A stretch of DNA of 24,114 nt from a virus (Duplodnaviria; Caudoviricetes), in the IMG/VR virus record IMGVR_UViG_3300005805_000487, positions 1 through 24,114 of that record; one strand, written 5' to 3'. The notes below the pieces were generated by a model. It worked only from the letters and a program-made list of their open reading frames with translations. It was not told the DNA's origin and searched no databases. Shown here one piece after another: positions 1-6,812 of the stretch (its first letter is position 1; every line of letters starts with the position of its first letter). Both the position numbers and the translations under genes were made by a program.

Positions 1-81
1 AAGGCCTTTAAACACCCTTTAAAGGCACTTTCAACCAATGACTAATGACAAGTTAACGTAAACACCTATTAGGAGCTTTAA

Positions 82-285
82 ATGAGTAGATGCCAATGCT
101 GTGACAAACGACTATCCGACTATGAACTGACCTTGAGACATGCCATGACCAATGAGTTTATGGATACATGCATGGACTGTCTGAGCGAGATAGCAGAATC
201 CGTGCCCTTGATGGTCAAGGGTAGGAAAGACCTTTTAGTTAGTGTGGACAATGAAAAAGAGCTTGACAAAGATGAAGAACTGTGA
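82..285 (+). CDS. Small Cys-rich (putative Zn-binding) hypothetical protein
   Basis: AGGAG RBS at 71-75; CxCC near the N-terminus and CxxC (CMDC); acidic tail. Confidence 0.75.
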   Translation: MSRCQCCDKRLSDYELTLRHAMTNEFMDTCMDCLSEIAESVPLMVKGRKDLLVSVDNEKELDKDEEL

Positions 286-291
286 TACCCT
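263..291 (+). promoter_or_regulatory. Sigma70-type promoter with extended -10
   Basis: TTGACA (263-268), 17-bp spacer, TG at 283-284, TACCCT (286-291). Confidence 0.7.
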
Positions 292-460
292 ATATACTCT
301 ATAGTATCTAGGACATTACATAGATGTAAAATATTATAAGTTACTTTTAATATATTTACTTATATGTCTTTAACGTCTTAACGTACATAGAAGTACTTTA
401 AAGTACTATATGTCGGTAAATGTTGATAACTGTTTACAATTTGTAACAAAGGTGAAGATC
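286..460. other. AT-rich non-coding region with several palindromes; candidate replication origin or control region
   Basis: Perfect 16-bp palindrome AGTACTTTAAAGTACT at 392-407; TTACAT-ag-ATGTAA at 316-329; TTACAA-t-TTGTAA at 434-446; tandem TTAACGT at 370-384. Confidence 0.45.
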
Positions 461-643
461 ATGAATGATATGATTATGGACACAGATAACGATTACGACG
501 CACATATGGATGATGTCTTAAGGTTTGAATGCTGGTATCATTCAGTTATTGATGATGCCGCTAACCTCATTCAAGCCAATGGCTATGATAAAGTTATGCT
601 TGACGTACAGGAAGCACTTAAGCGCATAGAGGATCATCAATAA
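461..643 (+). CDS. Hypothetical acidic protein (60 aa)
   Basis: AAGGTG RBS upstream of ATG 461; the longer 410 start has no RBS. Confidence 0.65.
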   Translation: MNDMIMDTDNDYDAHMDDVLRFECWYHSVIDDAANLIQANGYDKVMLDVQEALKRIEDHQ

Positions 644-662
644 TGACTGCAAGGAATGTAGA

Positions 663-719
663 ATGATTGTCTTATTGTGTCTAATTGTCTTAATACTTTT
701 AAAGGTTGTAATGGTATGA
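663..719 (+). CDS. 18-aa hydrophobic micropeptide (MIVLLCLIVLILLKVVMV)
   Basis: AAGGA RBS at 651-655; its stop overlaps the next start (ATGA 716-719). Confidence 0.5.
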   Translation: MIVLLCLIVLILLKVVMV

Positions 720-934
720 GTACTAGAAGCTTTAACGCTAGAATCGGGCATGGTCGTGCTGATGTCATCATCGAATACAGTGCAGACCGTGACTATGATG
801 AACGTGGGGATTTCTGGGATGTTGACTGGGATACAGTTAAAGTCTATCTATTTGAGATCAACATAGCTGATGCACTTGGAGATTCTGAGTGGAAAGAAGT
901 TGAAGAATGTATTAATGAGGATTTACCATCATGA
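716..934 (+). CDS. Hypothetical acidic protein
   Basis: ATGA coupling at both ends; AAGG upstream of the start. Confidence 0.65.
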   Translation: MSTRSFNARIGHGRADVIIEYSADRDYDERGDFWDVDWDTVKVYLFEINIADALGDSEWKEVEECINEDLPS

Positions 935-1182
935 GCAGGACAACCATCGAGATGGCCCGTGAAGCTGCGGGTGATGACTGGGGATTGTTTCAGGAGTACA
1001 TGCCTGAGATACACAAGCTGGTAGAGCTTGTCCGTGCTGACGAGAGAACACAACGCACATGGCAAGGCTTGACTGACCAAGAGATTGAGCAAGGCTGCAA
1101 AGAGTCATGGGTGACTGAGCAAGCGTGGCAGTCTGCTGTCTGGTGGGCTGAGGCTAGGTTGAAGGAGAAGAACAATGAGTGA
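931..1182 (+). CDS. Modular small protein 1 (MAREA / LVRADER / WQGLTD / EARLKEKN modules)
   Basis: ATGA overlap with the upstream ORF; shares motifs with the next two ORFs. Confidence 0.75.
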   Translation: MSRTTIEMAREAAGDDWGLFQEYMPEIHKLVELVRADERTQRTWQGLTDQEIEQGCKESWVTEQAWQSAVWWAEARLKEKNNE

Positions 1183-1423
1183 CCGACAACTTATTGCAGA
1201 CCTGCTTAGTGCGCTGGAATACCACACTGAGCAGACAAGGCCGATTGAGTTCAGCAAGGTGGCGGTTGAAGCAGCCCGTGAGTATTTGCGAAAGTCAGCA
1301 CAACGCCCTTGGCAGGGGCTGACGGATGAGGAGAAGCGGCAAATATTTGAGCGAGAAGACTATCAAGGCTGGCTTGACTACATCAACGCCATCGAAGCCA
1401 AATTAAGGAGTAAGAACACATGA
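1175..1423 (+). CDS. Modular small protein 2 (WQGLTDEE / IEAKLRSKNT modules)
   Basis: AAGGAG RBS at 1162-1167; shares motifs with protein 1. Confidence 0.75.
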   Translation: MSDRQLIADLLSALEYHTEQTRPIEFSKVAVEAAREYLRKSAQRPWQGLTDEEKRQIFEREDYQGWLDYINAIEAKLRSKNT

Positions 1424-1716
1424 GAGACACGATAGACATGGCCCGTGAGGCTGGCTTTAACGTGAAGCTGTTTAAGCCGCCAGTGATAACCGCACAGCAC
1501 AGCAATGGATCATGGGTTTCAGTTGGGGATGAACTCAAAGCCTTTGAAGCCCTTGTCCGTGCTGATGAGCGTAACCGCACATGGACGCAAGAGCATTGGA
1601 CTGAGTACGAGCGCAGCATTGTGGCAGCCGAGCGTGAGGCGTGTTTGAACTGCTATTCGCCTGACGACACAGCAACAGATTGGGCAGACAAAATTCGAGC
1701 AAGGGGGAACACATGA
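1420..1716 (+). CDS. Modular small protein 3 (MAREAG / LVRADER / AAEREAC...IRARG modules)
   Basis: AAGGAG RBS at 1405-1410; ATGA overlaps at both ends. Confidence 0.75.
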   Translation: MRDTIDMAREAGFNVKLFKPPVITAQHSNGSWVSVGDELKAFEALVRADERNRTWTQEHWTEYERSIVAAEREACLNCYSPDDTATDWADKIRARGNT

Positions 1717-3302
1717 CTAGCAAGTTCCTCAAACATATAGCCTGTGAGCACTGTGGCAGCACTGACGCGAACTCGCTCTATGACGATGGGCATACACACT
1801 GTTTCAAGTGTGGAACAACCGAATTTGAACATGAACACGAAGAAAGATCAGTTATGAAGGATGCTATTGCTCCTAAGAAGTTAGAGATTAAGGGACAGAT
1901 TAAATCTATTCCTGATCGTGGTATTAGTCAACAAACCTGTGAAAAGTACGGAGTTACCCAAGATGAACAAAATCACTATTACCCTTACACGTCCGTGGAT
2001 GGAAGATATGTGGCAGCAAAACAACGAAGAGTTAAGGACAAAGCTTTTAGCATTCTTGGAGATTTCAGAGAAGCACAGTTATTTGGTCAACATCTCTTTC
2101 ACGAAGGAGGAAAGTACGTCACAATCTACGAAGGAGAATTGGATGCTCTCGCAGGGTTTCAGATAACAGGCTCTCAGTGGCCTAGTGTTAGCATTCGAAA
2201 CGGAGCGCAAGCAGCCTTAAAGGACTGCAAAGCTCAGTATGAATGGTTAAACAGCTTTGAGTCAGTGGTGATCTGTTTTGATGGTGATGAACCGGGTAAG
2301 AAGGCTGCTAAAGAAGTAGCTGAACTATTCGGTAACAAAGCTAAGATCATGCAGTACAAGGATGGTTACAAGGATGCTTGTGAGTACCTGATTGCAGGGG
2401 CTACCAAAGAGTTTGTAAATGCTTGGTGGAAGGCTGCTCCTTATGTGCCTGATGGTATTGTCAACGCTGCTGATCTCTGGGAGGAAATCTCTAAGCCTGA
2501 ACCTGTAGCAGAGGCACAGTACCCGTGGAAGGGCTTGAATAAGCTGTTGTACGGCATCAGGCCTGCAGAGTTGATTACGGTCACCGCAGGCAGTGGATTG
2601 GGTAAGAGTCAATTCTTACGTGAGATACTGTATAATCTGTTGAAGACAACTACATGGAACATCGGTGGATTGTTCCTTGAGGAGTCAACACGGAAGACAG
2701 CACGAAGTATTATGTCGTTACATGCTAACAAATTGTTACACTTGCCTGATACACCGACTAATGAACAGGAGCTTAAAGATGCTTTCGACGCTACACTGGG
2801 GACAAATCGTATATATTTGTTTGACCACTTTGGGAGCACTGACATTGATAATATCGCCAATCGGATCAGGTATATGGCAAAAGCTTGTGACTGTCGTGTC
2901 ATATTCTTGGATCATATCTCTATTGCTATCTCTGGCAGCGACCTTGGCGATGAACGTAAAGTAATCGACAATATGATGACCAAGCTGCGGACACTGGTAC
3001 AGGAACTTAACATTACCTTGATCTGTGTTAGTCACCTGAAGCGCCCACAAGGTAACCAAGGTCATGAGGACGGAGGTAGCGTATCATTGTCACAGTTGCG
3101 AGGCTCAGGTGCTATTGCACAGTTGAGCGATGCAGTGATTACTTTGGAAAGGAATAGCATGGCTGAGAACGAAGAAGAGCGACACCTAACTAAGATTGCA
3201 GTGGCTAAAAATCGTTACAATGGCGAAACAGGCCCTGCTTGTAAGCTGCAGTACAATAGTTATACTGGACGTATGAATGAAGTTGAGGAGGAAACACTAT
3301 GA
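1713..3302 (+). CDS. T7 gp4-like DNA primase/helicase
   Basis: N-terminal Cys4 Zn finger (CEHC...CFKC), TOPRIM (EGELD, FDGDEPG), SF4 helicase motifs (AGSGLGKS, FLDH, LRGSGAIAQLSD, KNR..G.TG); start 1713 by ATGA overlap. Confidence 0.96.
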   Translation: MTSKFLKHIACEHCGSTDANSLYDDGHTHCFKCGTTEFEHEHEERSVMKDAIAPKKLEIKGQIKSIPDRGISQQTCEKYGVTQDEQNHYYPYTSVDGRYVAAKQRRVKDKAFSILGDFREAQLFGQHLFHEGGKYVTIYEGELDALAGFQITGSQWPSVSIRNGAQAALKDCKAQYEWLNSFESVVICFDGDEPGKKAAKEVAELFGNKAKIMQYKDGYKDACEYLIAGATKEFVNAWWKAAPYVPDGIVNAADLWEEISKPEPVAEAQYPWKGLNKLLYGIRPAELITVTAGSGLGKSQFLREILYNLLKTTTWNIGGLFLEESTRKTARSIMSLHANKLLHLPDTPTNEQELKDAFDATLGTNRIYLFDHFGSTDIDNIANRIRYMAKACDCRVIFLDHISIAISGSDLGDERKVIDNMMTKLRTLVQELNITLICVSHLKRPQGNQGHEDGGSVSLSQLRGSGAIAQLSDAVITLERNSMAENEEERHLTKIAVAKNRYNGETGPACKLQYNSYTGRMNEVEEETL

Positions 3303-3448
3303 GTCACAGCGAAGCTGGCAAAGGAGATAGCCCACGTAAACAGCAAGATCAGAAGGCTTACGATGAAGGATGGGATCGTATCTTTAGAAAGAAACCTAAA
3401 GAGAACCCTATTAAAGATGAACCTTTGAAGGAAGATGAGAATGATTAG
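3299..3448 (+). CDS. Small charged phage protein, 49 aa (GKGDSPR...YDEGWDRIF)
   Basis: GAGGAGG RBS and ATGA overlap with the primase stop; below the ORF-track size cutoff. Confidence 0.7.
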   Translation: MSHSEAGKGDSPRKQQDQKAYDEGWDRIFRKKPKENPIKDEPLKEDEND

Positions 3449-3605
3449 TATGAACGTTTCACTGGAACACCTCATAGTAGGAGCCACCGGAGTAGGTTAT
3501 CTGGTAGTAGGTGTGCTACAATGGAGCAAGGGAGAGATCTCTAACGGGATGGTGTGGCTAGGTTACAGTTTTGCACAGGTGGGCTTATGGTTGAATCTGA
3601 AGTGA
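3441..3605 (+). CDS. Small two-helix membrane protein (54 aa)
   Basis: Two hydrophobic stretches (LIVGATGVGYLVVGVL; GMVWLGYSFAQVGLWL); fills the gap in the operon; start could be 3450. Confidence 0.65.
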   Translation: MISMNVSLEHLIVGATGVGYLVVGVLQWSKGEISNGMVWLGYSFAQVGLWLNLK

Positions 3606-3796
3606 TCTTAAAAGAGAAAGTTAAAGAGTTGTTTAACAAGTACTTTAACTACGTGGAAGAATCTGATAGCGGTTATTTGTTCCACCCTATCGCTGTAGGG
3701 TGCTGCCGTGTCATGAAAATGGACGCTTTGGGTAAGCTGTTAACAGAGATACGAGAGCTGTCTGGAGCTGATCCTGATCCTCTTGAAAGGAAATAA
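3587..3796 (+). CDS. Hypothetical protein
   Basis: In operon orientation; AGGTGGG before ATG 3587. Confidence 0.65.
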   Translation: MVESEVILKEKVKELFNKYFNYVEESDSGYLFHPIAVGCCRVMKMDALGKLLTEIRELSGADPDPLERK

Positions 3797-3797
3797 T

Positions 3798-4022
3798 ATG
3801 CCTGATATTTCAATGTGCGAGGGAGGTAAGTGCCCTCAAAAGCATACGTGCTATCGATACACAGCCTTTCCAAGTGAGTATCAACAAGCTTACTTTGTAA
3901 CGCCTCCTTATCAGATGGATGGATGCCCTTATTACTGGAAAATGGAAGAACACGATTATGCGGATCGTACTGGATTGCGAAACAAACCTAGCTCACGACA
4001 AGATACACCTTGTAGTGACTAA
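3798..4022 (+). CDS. Small Cys4 protein (MPDISMC...CP...CYR...C.YYW)
   Basis: AAGGA RBS; four spaced Cys; the 3' end overlaps the polymerase start by 65 nt. Confidence 0.7.
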   Translation: MPDISMCEGGKCPQKHTCYRYTAFPSEYQQAYFVTPPYQMDGCPYYWKMEEHDYADRTGLRNKPSSRQDTPCSD

Positions 4023-5670
4023 AGACATTGACACTGGAGAAGTACGCACATGGAAAGCAGCAAGCAACCTGCCGGAGTATTTAAAGGACGTATCGTTGAT
4101 AGTGTTTCACAACGGCATCTTTTTCGATGCACCCGTATTGAATCGCTTATGGAAGACGAAGATTCGATTGAATCAAGTGTACGATACATTGATAGTAAGC
4201 AGGCTTCTCGATCCGAGCAGAGAGACAGGACACAGCCTCGAAGCTTGGGGAAATACTCTAGGGTTCCCAAAGATTGACTACACAGCCGTATGGCAGTGGA
4301 TGATGGACAGGAAAGAGGAATATAAAGGTGAATGCTTCGACAAACCTATTGATAGTCTTCTTGAGCATTACTGCGTTAGGGACGTTGAGGTTACTTGTAA
4401 GCTTTACCATCACTTGGTTAGTGAGTTCAATCAGAAGGAGTTTAGTCTTGAATCGTTAGAACTTGAACACAGTGTTGCAGCTATCATTGCTCAACAGGAA
4501 AGGAATGGATTTAAACTTGACCAAATCTACGCAACCTGCTTACTTGCTGACATCAAGTCAAAAGTGGCAGGAATATATGAGCAGATGCAGCAACGATGGC
4601 CTCCTGTCACGGTTGAACGATTCTCTGACAAAACAGGAAAGAGACTCAAGGACAGCGTGGTTACTTTCAATCCGGGAAGTAGACAACAGATCGGAGAGAA
4701 ACTCAGAGAGCTAGGATGGAAACCTAAGGACTTTACACCTACAGGTCATCCTATCGTTGACGAAGCTGTGCTAGAGAAGTTGAACATACCTGAAGCTAAG
4801 ATCATTGCTGAGTATCTGATGTTGAACAAACGAGTCAGTCAGATTGAATCATGGATGGAAGCTGTAGGTAAGGACGGTAGAGTACATGGTAAGGTGATCA
4901 CTAACGGTGCTGTGACAGGTCGTATGACCCATAGTAGCCCTAACATGGCACAGATACCTAATGCAGGTAGCATCTATGGCCCTGAGTGCCGTGAGTGCTG
5001 GACTGTGGAAGAAGGTAACGTATTGGTAGGCTGTGATGCTTCAGGTCTGGAGCTTCGGATGCTTGCACACTATATGAAGGATAATGATTATGTCAGAACT
5101 GTCTGTGAGGGATCATCTAAAGATGGAACAGATGTTCATACTGTTAACCAAAGAGCAGCAGGACTATCTACACGGGACAATGCTAAGACTTTTATCTACG
5201 CCTTCTTGTATGGGGCGGGAGATGCAAAGATTGGTAGCATTGTTGGAGGAAGTGCAAAGGACGGTTCAAAGCTCAAAGCTAAGTTCCTTGACCAGACTCC
5301 GGCCTTACGTAAGCTCATCGAACGAGTTGGCAAACAAGCAGCTAAAGGATGGGTTCCCGGTTTGGATGGTAGACGCATATGGGTTCGATCCGAGCATGCG
5401 GCTCTCAATTCGCTCCTCCAAGGCGCAGGCGCTGTAGTGATGAAGAAGGCTCTGGTGATCTTTGATGACAAGCGGAAGGTTAATAAATGGCCTGTTAAGT
5501 ATGTCGCCAATGTTCACGATGAGTTTCAACTTGAGTGTCCTAAGGAAAACGCTGAAGAAATAGGCAAAGCTGCTAGAATGTCAATCATCGAGGCAGGAGA
5601 GCACTTCAAACTTCGGTGTCCTTTGGATGGGGAATACAAGATTGGAAGAAATTGGAGAGAAACCCACTAA
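3958..5670 (+). CDS. polA: T7-like family A DNA polymerase with 3'-5' exonuclease
   Basis: Exo I LDCET, Exo II HNGIFFD, Exo III YCVRD; motif A DASGLELR, motif B RDNAKTFIYAFLYGAG, motif C VHDE. Confidence 0.97.
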   Translation: MRIVLDCETNLAHDKIHLVVTKDIDTGEVRTWKAASNLPEYLKDVSLIVFHNGIFFDAPVLNRLWKTKIRLNQVYDTLIVSRLLDPSRETGHSLEAWGNTLGFPKIDYTAVWQWMMDRKEEYKGECFDKPIDSLLEHYCVRDVEVTCKLYHHLVSEFNQKEFSLESLELEHSVAAIIAQQERNGFKLDQIYATCLLADIKSKVAGIYEQMQQRWPPVTVERFSDKTGKRLKDSVVTFNPGSRQQIGEKLRELGWKPKDFTPTGHPIVDEAVLEKLNIPEAKIIAEYLMLNKRVSQIESWMEAVGKDGRVHGKVITNGAVTGRMTHSSPNMAQIPNAGSIYGPECRECWTVEEGNVLVGCDASGLELRMLAHYMKDNDYVRTVCEGSSKDGTDVHTVNQRAAGLSTRDNAKTFIYAFLYGAGDAKIGSIVGGSAKDGSKLKAKFLDQTPALRKLIERVGKQAAKGWVPGLDGRRIWVRSEHAALNSLLQGAGAVVMKKALVIFDDKRKVNKWPVKYVANVHDEFQLECPKENAEEIGKAARMSIIEAGEHFKLRCPLDGEYKIGRNWRETH

Positions 5671-5730
5671 GGAGATTTTTATGACTAAACATACATCAGA
5701 GATGAACAACTCAAATAATTTCAAACAACC

Positions 5731-5895
5731 ATGAACAAAGAACTTCCAGAAAAAGTGATTTATGCTGTTCTACAAGAGCAGCGAGGGTGCAGCCTTAAGG
5801 ACTTCCTTACAGATCAAGAGATCGTAGAAGCGTTGTCTATGCTTGCAGATATTCTGGTCTGTACTGGGGTACATGCTGGGGAGGAAGATGAATGA
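5731..5895 (+). CDS. Hypothetical protein (54 aa)
   Basis: ATGA-coupled to a 17-codon ORF (5681-5734) that has a TAAGGAG RBS, and to the next ORF. Confidence 0.55.
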   Translation: MNKELPEKVIYAVLQEQRGCSLKDFLTDQEIVEALSMLADILVCTGVHAGEEDE

Positions 5896-5999
5896 CCTTC
5901 TTTCTCTGCACACTGCTGTGGGTACTTTGCATTGGACTTATGTGCTGGGCTGATTTGTCCGCACAAAATCATATTCAGAAAGGTTGGGACGCTACATGA
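5892..5999 (+). CDS. 35-aa single-TM micropeptide
   Basis: GGAGG RBS; ATGA overlap; hydrophobic MTFFLCTLLWVLCIGLMCW. Confidence 0.55.
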   Translation: MTFFLCTLLWVLCIGLMCWADLSAQNHIQKGWDAT

Positions 6000-6059
6000 A
6001 CAAACAACCCTTGTGTGCTGCGGCTGCTTGGATAATGTTAAAAAACCGACTGGAAAAAC

Positions 6060-6263
6060 ATGAACAAACACACTGATGATGAGGATGGCCCGTATGTAGG
6101 AAGTATTCGCTTTGATGTCTTTGAAAATAATTTTGATATTTCTAAGACAGATAGCTTGACATTTGAGGATGTTTATGCTATCCTATATGCATCTCTTGAG
6201 TACTTACAGGGAGTAGCAAAAGACATGGAAACAGTTAAGAAGATCAAGGATCAACTTCACTGA
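6060..6263 (+). CDS. Hypothetical acidic protein
   Basis: 67-aa ORF in operon orientation directly before the tRNA. Confidence 0.65.
   Translation: MNKHTDDEDGPYVGSIRFDVFENNFDISKTDSLTFEDVYAILYASLEYLQGVAKDMETVKKIKDQLH
6156..6184 (+). promoter_or_regulatory. Sigma70-type promoter with extended -10, upstream of tRNA and ssb
   Basis: TTGACA (6156-6161), 17 bp, TG at 6176-6177, TATCCT (6179-6184). Confidence 0.7.
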
Positions 6264-6274
6264 GGTAAGAATTA

Positions 6275-6358
6275 GCGAGTGTGGTGGAACGGTATACACA
6301 GCAGACTTAAAATCTGCCACCGAAAGGTTTGAGGGTTCAAATCCCTCCACTCGCACCA
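6275..6358 (+). tRNA. trnL: tRNA-Leu (anticodon TAA), encoded CCA
   Basis: Acceptor stem GCGAGTG/CACTCGC plus ACCA; anticodon stem GCAGA/TCTGC around CT-TAA-AA; long variable arm; T-arm GAGGG-TTCAAAT-CCCTC. Confidence 0.97.
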
Positions 6359-6395
6359 AGTTTCGCTCGAAAGAGCTTTTATAAAGGAAGATGAA

Positions 6396-6812
6396 ATGAG
6401 CAGTATTAAACCCGTTAAAGTCTCTGGTTCCCTGTATTGGGCTAATTGGATGGCAAACTTCAACACTAAGTTTAATGAGGACAATGACAAGTACGAATGC
6501 ACTCTCGGTGACCTGTCTGATAAAGCAGCAGCAGCCTTGGAAGAGTTGGGTATCAAGATCAAAGAGAAAGACACACAAGGCAAGTTTATTGTCGGTAAGT
6601 CTAAGTTCCTGTTTGAGCCTGTAGACGCTGATGGTAACAAGGTTGACATCTCTGCTATCGGTAATGGCACTAAGGTAACAGCACTGGTTAGCTCTTACCG
6701 TCACAAGATGTCAGCTAAGTTCGGTGCTGCTCCTTCGATTCAGAAGATCATCGTGACTGAGTTGAAGGTATACTCACCTGAAGGTGAAGAAGAATTGGAA
6801 GATGTCCTCTAA
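6396..6812 (+). CDS. ssb: gp2.5-like single-stranded DNA-binding protein
   Basis: Position between polymerase and nucleases; G.LYWAN...KY....G.L pattern; acidic C-terminal tail ending in a hydrophobic residue (EGEEELEDVL). Confidence 0.75.
   Translation: MSSIKPVKVSGSLYWANWMANFNTKFNEDNDKYECTLGDLSDKAAAALEELGIKIKEKDTQGKFIVGKSKFLFEPVDADGNKVDISAIGNGTKVTALVSSYRHKMSAKFGAAPSIQKIIVTELKVYSPEGEEELEDVL

Noticed and set aside
4-26. 9-bp inverted repeat GCCTTTAAA-caccc-TTTAAAGGC
   Set aside because: AT-rich stem, weak U-tract and no upstream context at the window edge; a terminator call is not supportable.
1680-1712. Longer upstream starts given by the ORF track (also 410, 677, 3554, 3783, 3919, 6784, 7598, 14229, 23492, 23818)
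   Set aside because: Downstream ATGs have RBSs or stop/start overlaps and begin at the recognisable domain.
931-1716. CRISPR mini-array, integron attC sites or DGR template/variable repeats
   Set aside because: The repeats are short, of several kinds, in frame within ORFs and not palindromic; differences are not adenine-specific; no RT, integrase or cas gene is in the window.
6275-6358. tRNA as a prophage attachment site
   Set aside because: Intact tRNA inside a phage operon, no duplicated 3' end, no integrase and no host genes in the window.
6204-6704. Antisense ORFs of 166 and 132 aa across the tRNA and ssb
   Set aside because: Shadow frames opposite well-supported features; no motifs or RBS.
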